In this document: piece by piece, positions 27,368 to 39,300 of the stretch | How positions within the stretch are numbered: the first letter of the stretch is position 1 | How the letters are laid out: each line of letters begins with the position of its first letter | Source: Sminthopsis crassicaudata | Lineage: Eukaryota | Reading direction: 5' to 3' | NCBI RefSeq assembly: GCF_048593235.1 | Contig: NC_133620.1 | Coordinates: 73,596,852 to 73,660,851, forward strand | Length of the DNA: 64,000 bases | The notes under the pieces: generated by a model | Seen by the model: the letters and a program-made list of their open reading frames with translations, nothing else | What the model was told of the DNA's origin: nothing | Databases searched by the model: none | Translations under genes and position numbers: made by a program

Positions 27368-29213
27368 AAACTCACCTGAATAGAAGAGGTTGTCTTTAAA
27401 TGGATTTTGCTTTCTTTTCTTTTTTTAAATTTGCTTTATCTATTCAAAACAACCTAGTATTGGAAGCAATATTTTTCTTCTTTCATTTGGGGAAATCAGA
27501 GCAACTTTGAAGGGAAGAACAAGTTTTCTAGTTCATTATTATTGTCTATCTTCCATTTGATTTATGGGTTATCTGCCTTAGAAACTATTAGGGTGCCTAT
27601 TGTTCTTGGATAGAAGAGCAACAATGAAAATCCATACAAAATAAATCCTGCATTTTTTATTCCTTATGTAATAAACTATATTTATTCCCATATGATTACT
27701 CAATCTTACCTCACCATTAATAAGTTATCATTAATATTTGTTGAAGGATAATTGTTTGATTATATTTGCATTCCCAGCACACAGAATAGTGCCTGGCAAA
27801 CAGTAAGTACTAAATGAGTGATTGATGGTGAGGAAATTATAAGAATAATGATAATTAAAGAGTAAAACTAACTTTTAAATTTATATATAAGACTTGTGAT
27901 TTCATTGGTGCAGGGATTTCCTAACCAGGGAACCTAATAGTAACTTAGAAAAACACCTTCTCTTCCATTTAAAGAGAATCCTCCCCCTGAGAGATTGTGT
28001 TGGTCTGAGTCATCTAGGAAGCATGTGTCTATCAGACTTGAACACAGGTCTTTTTAAATGGAAATCGTGGTGTTTAGATCTTTGTAAAAGACTTTAAATA
28101 TAGTACTAATGTTTCTGAAGCACTTGACACATATTGTTCTTTGAATCTCAAAACCGCTCTATAAGATTTGGTAGAGAAGCCCCACCTGAGCATTGCATCA
28201 TCATCGCTTAGCTTTGTAATGTTTCATGATCTATCTCTACAGCTTTTGGCTTTTAAGAGATCTTGGACTTTTTAATAGATGAATAGCACAAGGATTTTCT
28301 GTGAATTGTTTTTATTTTTATAGTTTTCCTTAGGTATTTCTTTCATACCCAAGATGACTTTACTATTGCTTATTCTGTTTGATGGAAGAGTTTTAATGTC
28401 TTTTTTCCTTTCCTCTACTTCACACATGTTTATTACTCAAAACCTACTTTTTTCCCCTTGTGAATGGAATGCTTTCAGTCAATGGGAAGCATGGATTCCT
28501 TCCCGTGGAAAATGACTGTGCTCTAGAGGCACTTGGGTTGTGTTCAGTTGTAGCAATTTTTCTTTTAGCAGCTATAAACAAGCTCAGAGCTTCAGCATAT
28601 TACTGGAAAGACCCTCCTCTATGATTAGGACTTAATGAAATGTTTCTGCAGCTTGCTTAAGTTTTCTCTAGCTATAATTCAAAACCAATCAAAAGAACTG
28701 GACAGATTTTCTCCTTGTGACTTCTGTTGTCTGATTGGCATCTGCCCCAGTTCAAGTAAAATGCAAACAAATCTTTTCTCAGTTTCAGGTGGAGTAGCAA
28801 ATAAATGTCATTGGGATTACTTTGCTTTAGTTTTTCATAAGGTTCCCCTGCTTTTTTTTATAAATTCTAAGATTTTTGTTTTATGTGTTAACAATACCAG
28901 CAACCATCAAGATTTTCCTTCCTAAAGGAAGGAAAAAAAAAAAACCTTAATTCAAAAGAAAAAATCGTGCTGAGGTTCAACATATAGGGTATTTTGTTTT
29001 GTTTTGTTTTTAACCACTAACTTTACATGTTTACATGGCATAAACATCTTTCCAAAGCTTCTTCTGGTTTAATGGGGGGAAAAACACACTGAATTTGGAA
29101 TCAGGAATTTGGATTTGAATTTTATCTCTAATAACTGACTTTGTACAAGACTTTTCTCTCAAGTCTTTGTACAAGACTTGAAGCTTTGGCTTCCTCATAG
29201 ATAAACTGAAGGG

Positions 29214-29393
29214 AGTGGTCTTTAATCTTTTTATGTGCCTTGGCAGTCTGGGAAAACCTATAAACCTTCTCAATATGATGTCTATTAATGACTATATTAA
29301 AATACACAGTATTACAAAGGAAGCTAATTTATATTGAAGTGCCCTTACCATTAAAAAAAAATAAGGTCATAAACCTCAAGTTAAGAATCCCTG
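29214..29393 (-). mobile_element. hAT/Charlie-type MITE copy inserted in a MIR
   Basis: Ends gttaagaatccctg (reverse complement cagggattcttaac); internal aaaatacacagtattacaaaggaagctaatttatattgaa; MIR core on both sides. Confidence 0.6.
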
Positions 29394-32300
29394 GATTAGA
29401 TGATCTACAAAGTTCTTCTATAGCACTTTCAAGAGAAAAAAAAATGTTCCTTATATTTTGCTTTGCACTGTAACCATGTTTTTCATTTTTAATTCCTAAA
29501 GAAAATTTGCCCCCAAATTGTACCTTTATTGGATGATTTGTTTATAATTATAGTGTTTGCCTTGTTTTCTCAGCAACAGCTGTTAGTTTTCACAGGGAAA
29601 AGTGCAGAATTTAAAGGACTGTGAGTTCCAGACATTTTACAGCTGTTGGCTGGATATATTAAAAGGTTGGATACATCTTCTTGCCATTGCCATATCCAGC
29701 ATTTTTTTTAAGTGTCAGGTTCTAAAATGTGAACTGAAGATAGTTTGGAAAAAAGAGCTGTGGCTCAACCAACCTTACCCATTGCCTGCCACTTCCAGGG
29801 AAATTTGTTACCAAATAGACAACTAAGAGAATTTTAGATATTAGCATAGTATGAATGATGGCTCTCACTTTCTGAGCTCTCCTTCCTTTCAAGATGCCAG
29901 GAATAGTCCTTGGAAGAAGGATCCATAAGAAAAGCAATTAAAAAGTAGGGTTGTCCTAAAATAAAATTTGATTGCCCAGGAAAATAGTGGGCTTTCAGCT
30001 CTTCAAGCAAAGCAAAGAAAACTACTAGTTGGGAATGTGGTAGGAGAGATTCTGGTTCAGATGTGGCCTTGATGAGGTGGCTTCTGAGTTCCCTTACAAA
30101 CCTTCTGAAGTTCTGTGATTCACTGTTTCACTAGAAGACATGCAGACAGTAAACTTCATGGAACAAAATGTTTTCTTTTTTGGTTTTTGAAAGAAGTGGA
30201 TTTACTCTGAATAATTGTCTTGAAAGCCAATAGAATCCTATAATTTTTTATTTGTGTCCCGATTTTTGATATAATTTAATCAATATTTGCTGGAAGCATG
30301 AATGTTTTAGGCATGTTTAGCTTTGTGTTTTGTTTGGCTTATCTTTTTATTAATGGAGGAGTAAAAACAGGAATACTTAGTATTTATAGGGACAGATGCT
30401 TATGGACAATTTTACAATATAATTGGCCCATTTAACTTGCTGAACAATCTTGCCAGCTGAGATTTTTTAGGGAAGAAGTGAACACCATAGTGTTCTTAAA
30501 TTAAAAATATATATATATAAATCATTGATCATAAACCTGTAAGAGTCTTGAGAAGCCTCCTAGATAATAAGGTTTCTGGAGCAAGGAGCCTTTTCTCATT
30601 CATCTTACTCACTAGGCTTCCAGTACCTTGTTTTAGAGGTGATACTCACTAAGTATTTGTTGAGTGACTAAATAAATAGTTTTTGTGTTGGTGTCTACTT
30701 TTATTCCCTGAAGTTCTTTAGGAGAAAAACTTCAATATAACTTCAGGATAGTAAGTCAATAGGTTTAGTAGATCCTTAAAAGATGATTACTGTATCTTGA
30801 TGTAGTGAGTTTGAGAGGTTCCGTTTCTTAAAGTAATATTATAGTTAAATTAACATAGCTTGATATAACCCATGAATTCAAGAAATGTTACTATATTCTG
30901 GCTGCACAACCTTAATTATATTAAATTTCTATTGTTAAAGGAAACTAAAGATATTCAAGGTATAGCATTCCTTACTTGAGGTTAATATCACAGAAAAGCA
31001 ACTATACCATCTTACAAATTAGTGCCATGGTCAGATAATAGAATAATATTCCTGCTACATTATTGTCTTCACCTGGATGGCATTTTTGTGTTGTTACACA
31101 TTATTATCTTTTTGCAGAAACTAGCCTTTTGCAAAACGTGTACATTATTAAATAAAAGTCATTGGAATTCTTACTTCCTATGAACAGAAAAACCAAACCT
31201 TTGGCCAAGTAAGAATGAGTTTTTCTGTATTTCTTTGCTTTTTCATCAAAGTTGACATCAAAGCCAAGTTTTCAAAGCCTGGATGTCTCATAAGAACCCT
31301 TTAATTAGTTTCATTTTCTGAATTTCACTTTCTAAAATAGTATTTTTCATGGATAAAAGAAACTTTACATTTGATCTTTAATGGGCAGACATTTTTTCAA
31401 TAAGTTATGATATTTCAATTGATTCTTGGTGACCCTCTTAATTTAGGCAATACTGATTAACAAGAAAAAAACCAAATACAACTAGTTCTGAAATCAGAGG
31501 ATATGAGTTCAAATCTCACTACTAATGCTGCTTTTATAACCTTGGGCAAGTCAGTAGAGTACAGTCATGAGCCTGGAGTCAGAGAGATATGACTTTATAT
31601 CCAGAACAGACTCTTGGGCACTTAACCCTGCCTGCCTCAATTTTTTCAACTATAAAATTGTATAATAAAGTTCTTCCCTTTTAACCTTAAAATGCTATAT
31701 AAAAAGCTAGCTCTTATTTAAACTTCCTTGGACCTCAATTTCCTATCTGAAAAATGTGGGAGGTATACTGAATGATCTCTAAGATTTCTTCCAGTTTTAA
31801 ATCTATAGCTCTGTGACATAAATGGTCTTACTAGTTGCCTTACAGAAAAATTCACTCATATTACGCCATAAATTTCTCTTTATGATAATTTGAAGAAATA
31901 TATTTCTCAGTAATATCTCTAACTTACCTCTCTTATCTCAATTCAAGGCAATAGAATAATATCTCTTATTAGTTGACAGGTAAAAAGAAAACCTGAATTC
32001 AGATCTGACTCCAGCACTTACTAGCTAACTGTAAAATAGTGATAACAATGGTACCTACCTCTAGGGATTGTTATGAATTGTTAGCAATCTACACAAGTGG
32101 TTTAATAATATCATCAAGAGGCTGGTTTGGTTCAATTGATAATATCTACTTGGAATAAGCAGTCTGCTGAATTAATCCATTCATATGTTGTTGTTGGGTA
32201 AGCATTTAAAACTGGACAATGAATTGAGCTGAGGCTTGAATAGGCTATTAGAATGAGTCTTATGTTTTACTTTACATGATCTGAAGCTGCTCCTTACTGC

Positions 32301-32809
32301 ACAATCTAGTCTTTCTAAGTTCATTTAATATGATTTTCTTGGTGATGCTGTAGGTCTATAGATTGTGAAGCACCATAATCTCCTAAGAATCAAAGATTAC
32401 CTAAGAGGCAATGGTCAGTAAAGTAGACCAAAGTAGGCTACAGCAGCTCACTTTGGATTTCTTGGTTGTATATAGAAGGGAGAGTGAAGGAGAACAATTG
32501 AACAGTCCTAATGTTGCCCCAGAATCTATGAAATGCTAAGAGTCTGAGAAAAAATCTAGCATTTTGGATAGATACTCTTTGGGCAGTTTATGGAAAGATA
32601 GGTACAAGAATCCCATTGGGAAGAAAATATGAATGAGAGGCAAGATATACTGATAATCTTGGGAATCTTATGTGAGATTAAAGCTTCCTGGAAGTCCCCA
32701 CAACATTTTTAAGATTCACTGAATTTAGTATTTTTTGGATGGAGGAATGAAAATGAATGATGCATTAAGACTTTGAAGTCCTTTAAATAAGTTATATCTA
32801 ATTTTCCTT

Positions 32810-33062
32810 GTAGAAGTTTTAGAATCTCAGTTATTTTCAGTTATGTCCAACTCTTTATGACTCCATGCATGGTTCTTTTAGGAAAAAATTTTAGAATGGT
32901 TTACCATTTCTTTCTCTTACTCACTTTACAGATGAGGAGCTTAGATATATTAGAGGCTAAATGATTTGCCCAGAGTAATGCAACTAATAAATTTCTGAAG
33001 GCACATTTGAACTTGGGTTCTCTGAAGCCCAAGACTGGCGCTCTATCCTGTGCCACCTAAAT
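32810..33062 (-). mobile_element. MAR1-type SINE
   Basis: cagttatgtccaactctttatgactcc...ggtttaccatttc...cactttacagatgagg...ctatcctgtgccacctaaatacccc. Confidence 0.75.
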
Positions 33063-34489
33063 ACCCCTAGACTATAGACACCTATAAGACATTTTGAAGA
33101 TGCTAAATTTGCTGTGTGTTTATCATACATATATACACACACCCATACACATTATATGTAGTAGGTTTTTTTTACAGGACCTATTATAGCATTGGTTTAG
33201 GAAACTCCTAATAAAGAAATTTCCTCCCCCAGTTCAGAAGGAACTAATTGATCTGCAACTTAAAGTCTTAAAGTGTTGCAGGCTACACTGAGAGGGTAAG
33301 TAATATGTGTGAGGTGAGCTAGGTAAGATGTGAACCTAGAGCTTTTTTTCTTTGAAGCCAGCCTTCCATCCACTGCAAAACACTGCCTCTCATGTGCATT
33401 ATATATTCAAAAAGTCATTGCCTACCATTTATTTTCATACTAAGGCTTGAGTTTGTATCAAGTATTGACTTTTCTTTATACCCACCCACAACTACAAGGG
33501 CAGTTAATGTAATTTGCAAAGCCTATCCACTTCAATTTTCAGTCTTCAGGAGAGATTATCCATGTGACATGCTGACAACTTGTTTATTGTAGCTTTCTCT
33601 TAGGTTTATTAAGTCATTCAATTGGATTAATAGTATGCTGTTATTTTTATCTGTTTGATTTTATCATGAGAAAAATAAGTGTTTGGAACCATCTTTTTAA
33701 AATAAAATTTTAGGATTATTGGAACTATTATAGTATGTTTATCATCGTTCACAATCAAGATACACTCCAAGATATACCAAGATCATGTTCTATTGGCAAA
33801 AGGATAATCTCTAAGAGACATATTCAAATGTTTTTCGTTGATTTGGATAGTTAAAATACTTGCCTGTGGTCAGATAACTCTTAAGTGTAAGAGTTTGACA
33901 TTAGACTCCCAAAATTGATGTTTTTTTCACTATCCTAGGGAAAGTACTTGGTGTTAATATTTATAAAAATGTATATGTATCATTGAATCTCTCTGTTGAT
34001 TCTAAAACACCTTGGCCTTAATTGTCTTATCACACTGCATTTTAGGAACATTTTCAAACAAATCTCTTTAAAAAGTTTGCTAAAGAGCAATTTTGGAGAA
34101 TAAAGTGGGGGGGACAAGAAATTAAACAATCTTAAGGTATCGCAGTTTAATAGAAGAATTTCAGGAATTTTAATGAAAAGGATTAATACATAATACTTTA
34201 TAAATGCATTCTGTCATATAAATGCATAGTTAAGATCACTTTGCCCATTCCTATTTCTTCTTCTTGTGTAATTCTTGTCTTTCTTTTCCCAAAAACACTC
34301 TGTAGAAGATATGTATAATATATTAAAGCTTTTCTCTAGGTCTTTATAAATGATATAAATTGGAATAATAGTTGAGATCATGTGGAATTCATTTATATAC
34401 CCTTAGGACTGAATCATGTCCAGATTGTTTTTCCCCCTTATTTGAACATTAGCTATACAATTATTTTTGAAATCTTTTAAAATACCTAT

Positions 34490-36090
34490 GTTTTCATTGG
34501 TCATCACCATAATGCTTTTGTTAATTTTGCATATAAATTACTTAGGTTAATGTATCCCGACACTTTTTCTGAGAATTATGACATCTCAGTCTTTTTTCCC
34601 CAGGGTTCTGACCTCCACCTGTCACCTTCTACTACCATCACCGAGGGAGTAGATTAGAAAATAGTTGAGATAGTAATTCACTTTGCTGAGGGCCTGACAT
34701 GTCCAGAGTTTATCACTACAATTATAATGAGCTACATTTTCCCACTGTGTACTCAGTTCCCTTGAACTTTACCAGGTGCTTTTGGAGGTATCTTTAAATC
34801 CCTTTAAATTAGAGAAAAGTATTTGTTGACTTAATAATCTGAAAGGATAAATCCTCCTGACGTACCTAGATCCAGGAAAGCAACTTATACATTTTGAAGA
34901 GCTTGTTTTTTTTTTTAATATCAGTAACCAGTACAACACCAAACCAGTCTAGCAGTCCTTTATTTAGTCATTCTTTAAATTCTTCCTCATCCCCAATTCC
35001 AACTCATCATCCATCATCCATCTTGTGGGTGTGGTAAGGCAATAACAAAATAGAGGACTAGTAAATAATAATAATGTTCTGTGTGGACTTGGGTTGCCCT
35101 AAGACCACCATGCTATCTATGAAGATCTGTCAGACACCTTGAAATTCTGATTAATATCCCAGTCATAGTGGTAAAACTATTTCTATGAATACAAGAAATA
35201 GATGGTGGCATATTAATGTTGCAGGCTGGTGCCCTTATTTAAAACTGCCATGATGATTAGCTTGACAGGGACAATAGCAGAGCAAGCATAGCCTTGCTTC
35301 GTGTTTTGATACCCTACCTACTGGAATTACTTTAGTGCAGATGGCACTAGTCATTAAAACAAGCCAATCATGAGAGATTCATGAAATGGACTAAAGAGGG
35401 TTTATGATAACAATTCAGAACTAGGTCATTGTCACCCCAAATAACAGAAGGGTTATCCTTAAAGAGTCTAGATAGAATGATGCATGTAGATGATATATGG
35501 AAGATCATGGAGGTAGTGTAACATCACAATAATCTGTAAAAATTTAACACTTACCAAATAGGAAGCAAGACATGATCTGGGGAGAAGAATTACATATCAT
35601 AAAGCCCTTCAGCTTTCATTCACTAACAACAGATCCACATACTATAAATACAGTCCTCAAAATGCCCTGGAGAACTCAATATAGAAATTTGTAATTTCCT
35701 GGACATAACATTGATTCATTAAACTTATGAGTAATTTTATATTTGTCTTCATCCCGAATTCTTTCAAACAGTATGGAAACATCCAAACTATAGACCTGGC
35801 CAAGGAGATCAGAATCATGAGGGAACAGAATGAGATATATTTGATTCCTGTTGTACCAATCTTTGTCAAAGATATTTTCTAAGACCCTACAAAGAATAGG
35901 GTTCCATTACTTTTCTTCAACTATAAAAAGAAGATATTTCATCTATTTTGTATTAATCTGTGGGAAATTATATATAAAGGATTGATAATGGTAAGATAAT
36001 GGCTTGTCCCAGAGCCATGTCTAGCTAAACCCCATCAAAAAAGGGGTTTAGAGTCTGGCAGTCCTCCACTTAGTCTGATGATAATGTATT
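34490..36090 (+). other. Endogenous viral element: decayed Mononegavirales (rhabdovirus-like) L polymerase, RdRp conserved regions II-IV
   Basis: Colinear motif relics over several frames, compared with recalled VSV/rabies L: LRL..NY (34541-34579), EGVD*KIVEIVIHF (34643-34684), IFPLCTQF (34736-34759), EKYLLT**SER (34814-34846), SIIHLVGVVR (35010-35039), *GNNKI or NNNNVLC (35035-35084), PQITEGLSLKSLDR (35435-35476), SFHSLTTDPHTIN (35611-35649), SPQNALENSI*K (35652-35687), IPNS..NIQTI (35751-35792). Boundaries are approximate. Confidence 0.8.
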
Positions 36091-36094
36091 AGCA

Positions 36095-36300
36095 TTAGAT
36101 TATTAGAATCTTAAGGTTTTCAAAGCACTTTACACACATATCTTGAGTCTCACAACAGCCCTGTGAAGTAGATCTCACAGATATTATCTCCATTTTATAG
36201 ATGAAGAAACAGACCCAGAAAATTAAGTGATTTAACTATGGTTACCTAGTAAGTACCAGATTTGTCTGATTCCGAAATCCAGCATTTTCCACTAACAAAA
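36095..36300 (-). mobile_element. MIR SINE directly after EVE fragment 1
   Basis: aaggttttcaaagcactttaca...ctcacaacagccctgtgaagtag...cattttatagatgaagaaacagacccag. Confidence 0.75.
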
Positions 36301-36584
36301 AGCCACATCTTATACTTCTTTTTTTCCTAAATATCAGTGTGGAATTGTAGAAAGAGTACCAAGTATAAGAGTTTAAAAAAAAAAAGACCTGGGCTCAAAT
36401 CCTAGTTCTATTTGTATCAGGTAATCTTTTAAAATTTTTTAAAAATCTTTTTTAAAATTCTGAATTTAGCTAACCAACTAAAATTTGCATTTCTATATGC
36501 AAAATAGAATTGAACAGTAGAAAGACAAGTAAAATTATTATTATGTAGATATTTTTGTTTTACATATATTTTCTTTCTTTTTTT

Positions 36585-36695
36585 GGGGTGGGGGGTGAGA
36601 TAGTTGGGGTTCAGTGACTTGCCTAGGGTCACACAGCTAGGAAATGTTAAGTGTCTGAGACCACGTTTGAACTCAGGTCTTCCTGACTTCACAGT
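36585..36695 (-). mobile_element. WSINE1-type SINE
   Basis: ggggttcagtgacttgcctagggtcacacagctagg...tttgaactcaggtcttcctgact. Confidence 0.85.
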
Positions 36696-36959
36696 AGGTG
36701 GTGGGGATTGGGGCAGAAGGAGTTTGGTCCATTGGGAAAGAAATCCAGTAAAGAATATAGAGGAAAGAAGACTGAACCAAAGATTTGGATTCTAGTCTTC
36801 CCTGGTTCTGCTATTAATTTTCTGTGATGATACTGATCATATCACAACTTCCCTATCCCACAGTCTCACAGAATGACACAATGTGGCAGTTGGAAGGGAA
36901 CCTAATTGACCATTCAGTCCAATCCATATCACAGAGGGATTGCATTTTAAAAGTATCCA

Positions 36960-37330
36960 ATAAAGGATCATCCAGTTTTGGGTTCTAAATGTCCAAGGAG
37001 AAGGAATCTGTTACCATCATTTTGAACAACTCTCATTGGTTAACATCAGTTGTAAATGTGCAAATTTACATTTTCACTCCACTCCCCTTAGTTCTTGCTT
37101 CTAGTGCTAAAAAGAATCATTTACCATATGACTGTCCTTCAGACACCTGAAGACAGTTATTGCTGAGTCTTCTCTTCTCTAGGGTTAATATTTCCAGTTT
37201 CTTAAACTTACTCTTATATGACATGGAGTCCATCATCCTAGCAGATCTCCTCTGGATATTCTCCATCAATCTCTTTCTCAAACCATGGTACCTTGAACTG
37301 AACATAGTGCCCCAGATAAAGTTGGAATGG
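36960..37330 (-). mobile_element. CR1/L3 LINE 3' fragment
   Basis: Minus-strand ORF 37117-37461 ENIQRRSARMMDSMSYKSKFKKLEILTLEKRRL matches CR1 QRRATRM..LE.MSYE.RLKELG.FSLEKRRL. Confidence 0.85.
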
Positions 37331-38307
37331 ATAATCTCTAAGGTACCTTCCAGCAAGGCATTAAAACAGCAGCCAATGTCATATTGAATTAATGAACAGA
37401 TAACTTGTAAGGGACTTTCTAGCACTAGAATTACACAGGGTATGCCAAAGGTCTTAAACAACTAAGCTTAGACTGGATTGAGACTTTTCAGACATCCACA
37501 ATAATAATTCCAAGCCTACTGCCAAAAGTACAGAATTAATTCATTTATGAATACCCAAAGACACTCTGGGGTTTCTTGCATTGTAAAAATTGCCTCCATC
37601 ATCATATAAATACAGGATGACTCCAAGACTTTGAGAGAGACTAATCCAGGGTCACATAGCTGGTATCAGAAGCTGCACAGAATCAAGATCTTCTTGATTC
37701 CAGACATAATATTCTCCCTACTGCACCTTATTGACTCAATGGCTTGTATAAGGTCATTAAAATAAAATGCATTTGGGAGACACTTTCTTCCAGTCAGACA
37801 ATAAGTATTCATTAAGCCTCTACTGTGTTAAATTCTGGGAATATGAAATGAAAGACAGTTCCTGCGTTCAAAGGAGTTCCCAGTCTAAGAGGAGAGGCAA
37901 TACATAAGCAACTATATCCTTTTCCATCTCAAGAAAACACTACGCTCAGCTTCATTTACTGCTCTCTCCCAGATAAAAAGTTTATCATAGTAAGTTCCCA
38001 GTTGATGGAATGCCTAATTTCAAACATAGCTTGTTTTGGGAGGAAATTTGATGTTCATCATCTTTGTTCACTGATTAATATTCATTTGTGAATTTGTATT
38101 TTGTAACTTTTGTGGGCATATTTTTTATTAGAATAGTGTAAGATTTGAAGGATGCCTTGTTGCTGAAAAATAACTTGTATGATTTCTTTGGATATCAGTG
38201 AATATTTGGAAACTTTTGGAAAGGATTTAGCTTTCCTTCATGTAAGGAAAGTGCACTATTCTTAAGAGGGGAAACTGTATGTAAGCTATTTGGAAATGGA
38301 TCCATTG

Positions 38308-38535
38308 AATCTAATACTTAATGTGCAATAAGAAAATGGGATTTACACACATATATTGTATCTAGGTTATATTGTAACACATGTAAAATATATGGGATTG
38401 CCTGTCATCTAGGGGAAGGAATAGAGGGAGGGAGGGGATAATTTGGAAAAATGAATACAAGGGATAATGTTATAAAAAATTACTCATGCATATGTAATGT
38501 CAAAAAAAATTATAAATAAAATTAAAAAAAAAAAA
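38308..38535 (+). mobile_element. 5'-truncated young L1 3' end with poly(A) and perfect 16-bp TSD
   Basis: L1 3' UTR, aataaa and an A-tail; TSD ggaaatggatccattg at 38292-38307 and 38536-38551. Confidence 0.92.
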
Positions 38536-39084
38536 GGAAATGGATCCATTGGATGTGCTTGTTAAAAAGTGAAAAAGGTTTGGAGTCTGGGTTTTTTTTT
38601 TTACTTGTGGACTTTAGGGGAGAGCTGTGTGATCATCTGTCCTGTTCTGGGAAATACCCATGCTTCCCATTTATATTGTATAATAATTTGTTTTCTGGAG
38701 CCTAGCAGCAGAAGTCATGTATGTTGTGAATTTTTTTTCTGCCAGGCAGTACTGGTTTTGATTGATGATCTTCAGATGCCTTTTTTTACTGCTTTGTTTT
38801 AGGGATGAGGTAAAATTTGGTTAAAGAAGAATTGGATTGGGCAGCTGATTATCCAAATAAGGAGAAATTCATTTTGGATTATCATCAGCAGAGCTACCGA
38901 GCTCTGAATTTACAAGAATAAATTTCTGCTCTGGAATTATTATTTATAGTTGAATGTAGCGTGTCCAAAAAAAATTACAAGGAAAATGTTTTGCTGCAAA
39001 TCAAATAAATGAAATATTCTTTTTCAAGTCCTCTCCTATCTCTCTCTATCCTCCAATAACATTGAGTGGCTCTTATGGGAGGAA

Positions 39085-39300
39085 GTATAGAGTAGTTAAG
39101 TAGTACTAGACCTGAAATCAAAAAGCCCCATCTTCATGAGTTCAAATCCAACAGTACTAGCTGTGTAACCCTAGGCACTTAACCCTGTTTGGCTCGGTTT
39201 CCTCATCTGTAAAAGGAGTTGGAGAAGGACAAAGCCAACTACTCCAGTATTTTTGCCAAGAATATCCCAAATGGGGTCACAAAGAGTGAAGCACAACAAA
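39085..39300 (+). mobile_element. MAR1-type SINE
   Basis: catcttcatgagttcaaatcc...ctcggtttcctcatctgtaaaa...tttgccaagaatatcccaaatggggtcacaaagagt. Confidence 0.8.

Noticed and set aside
28635-28925. 96-aa ORF in a non-repetitive, enhancer-like stretch
   Set aside because: No recognisable protein similarity or exon boundaries, and conservation cannot be assessed from one sequence.
35477-35720. MHVDDIW and NFLDITL read as Penelope-like reverse transcriptase motifs
   Set aside because: They are isolated matches. The surrounding frames fit an L polymerase colinearly over more than 1.5 kb.
37429-37620. Stop-poor frame with LHCKNC as a possible middle piece of the L relic
   Set aside because: No ordered L motifs (GxxT, HR) could be found in it.
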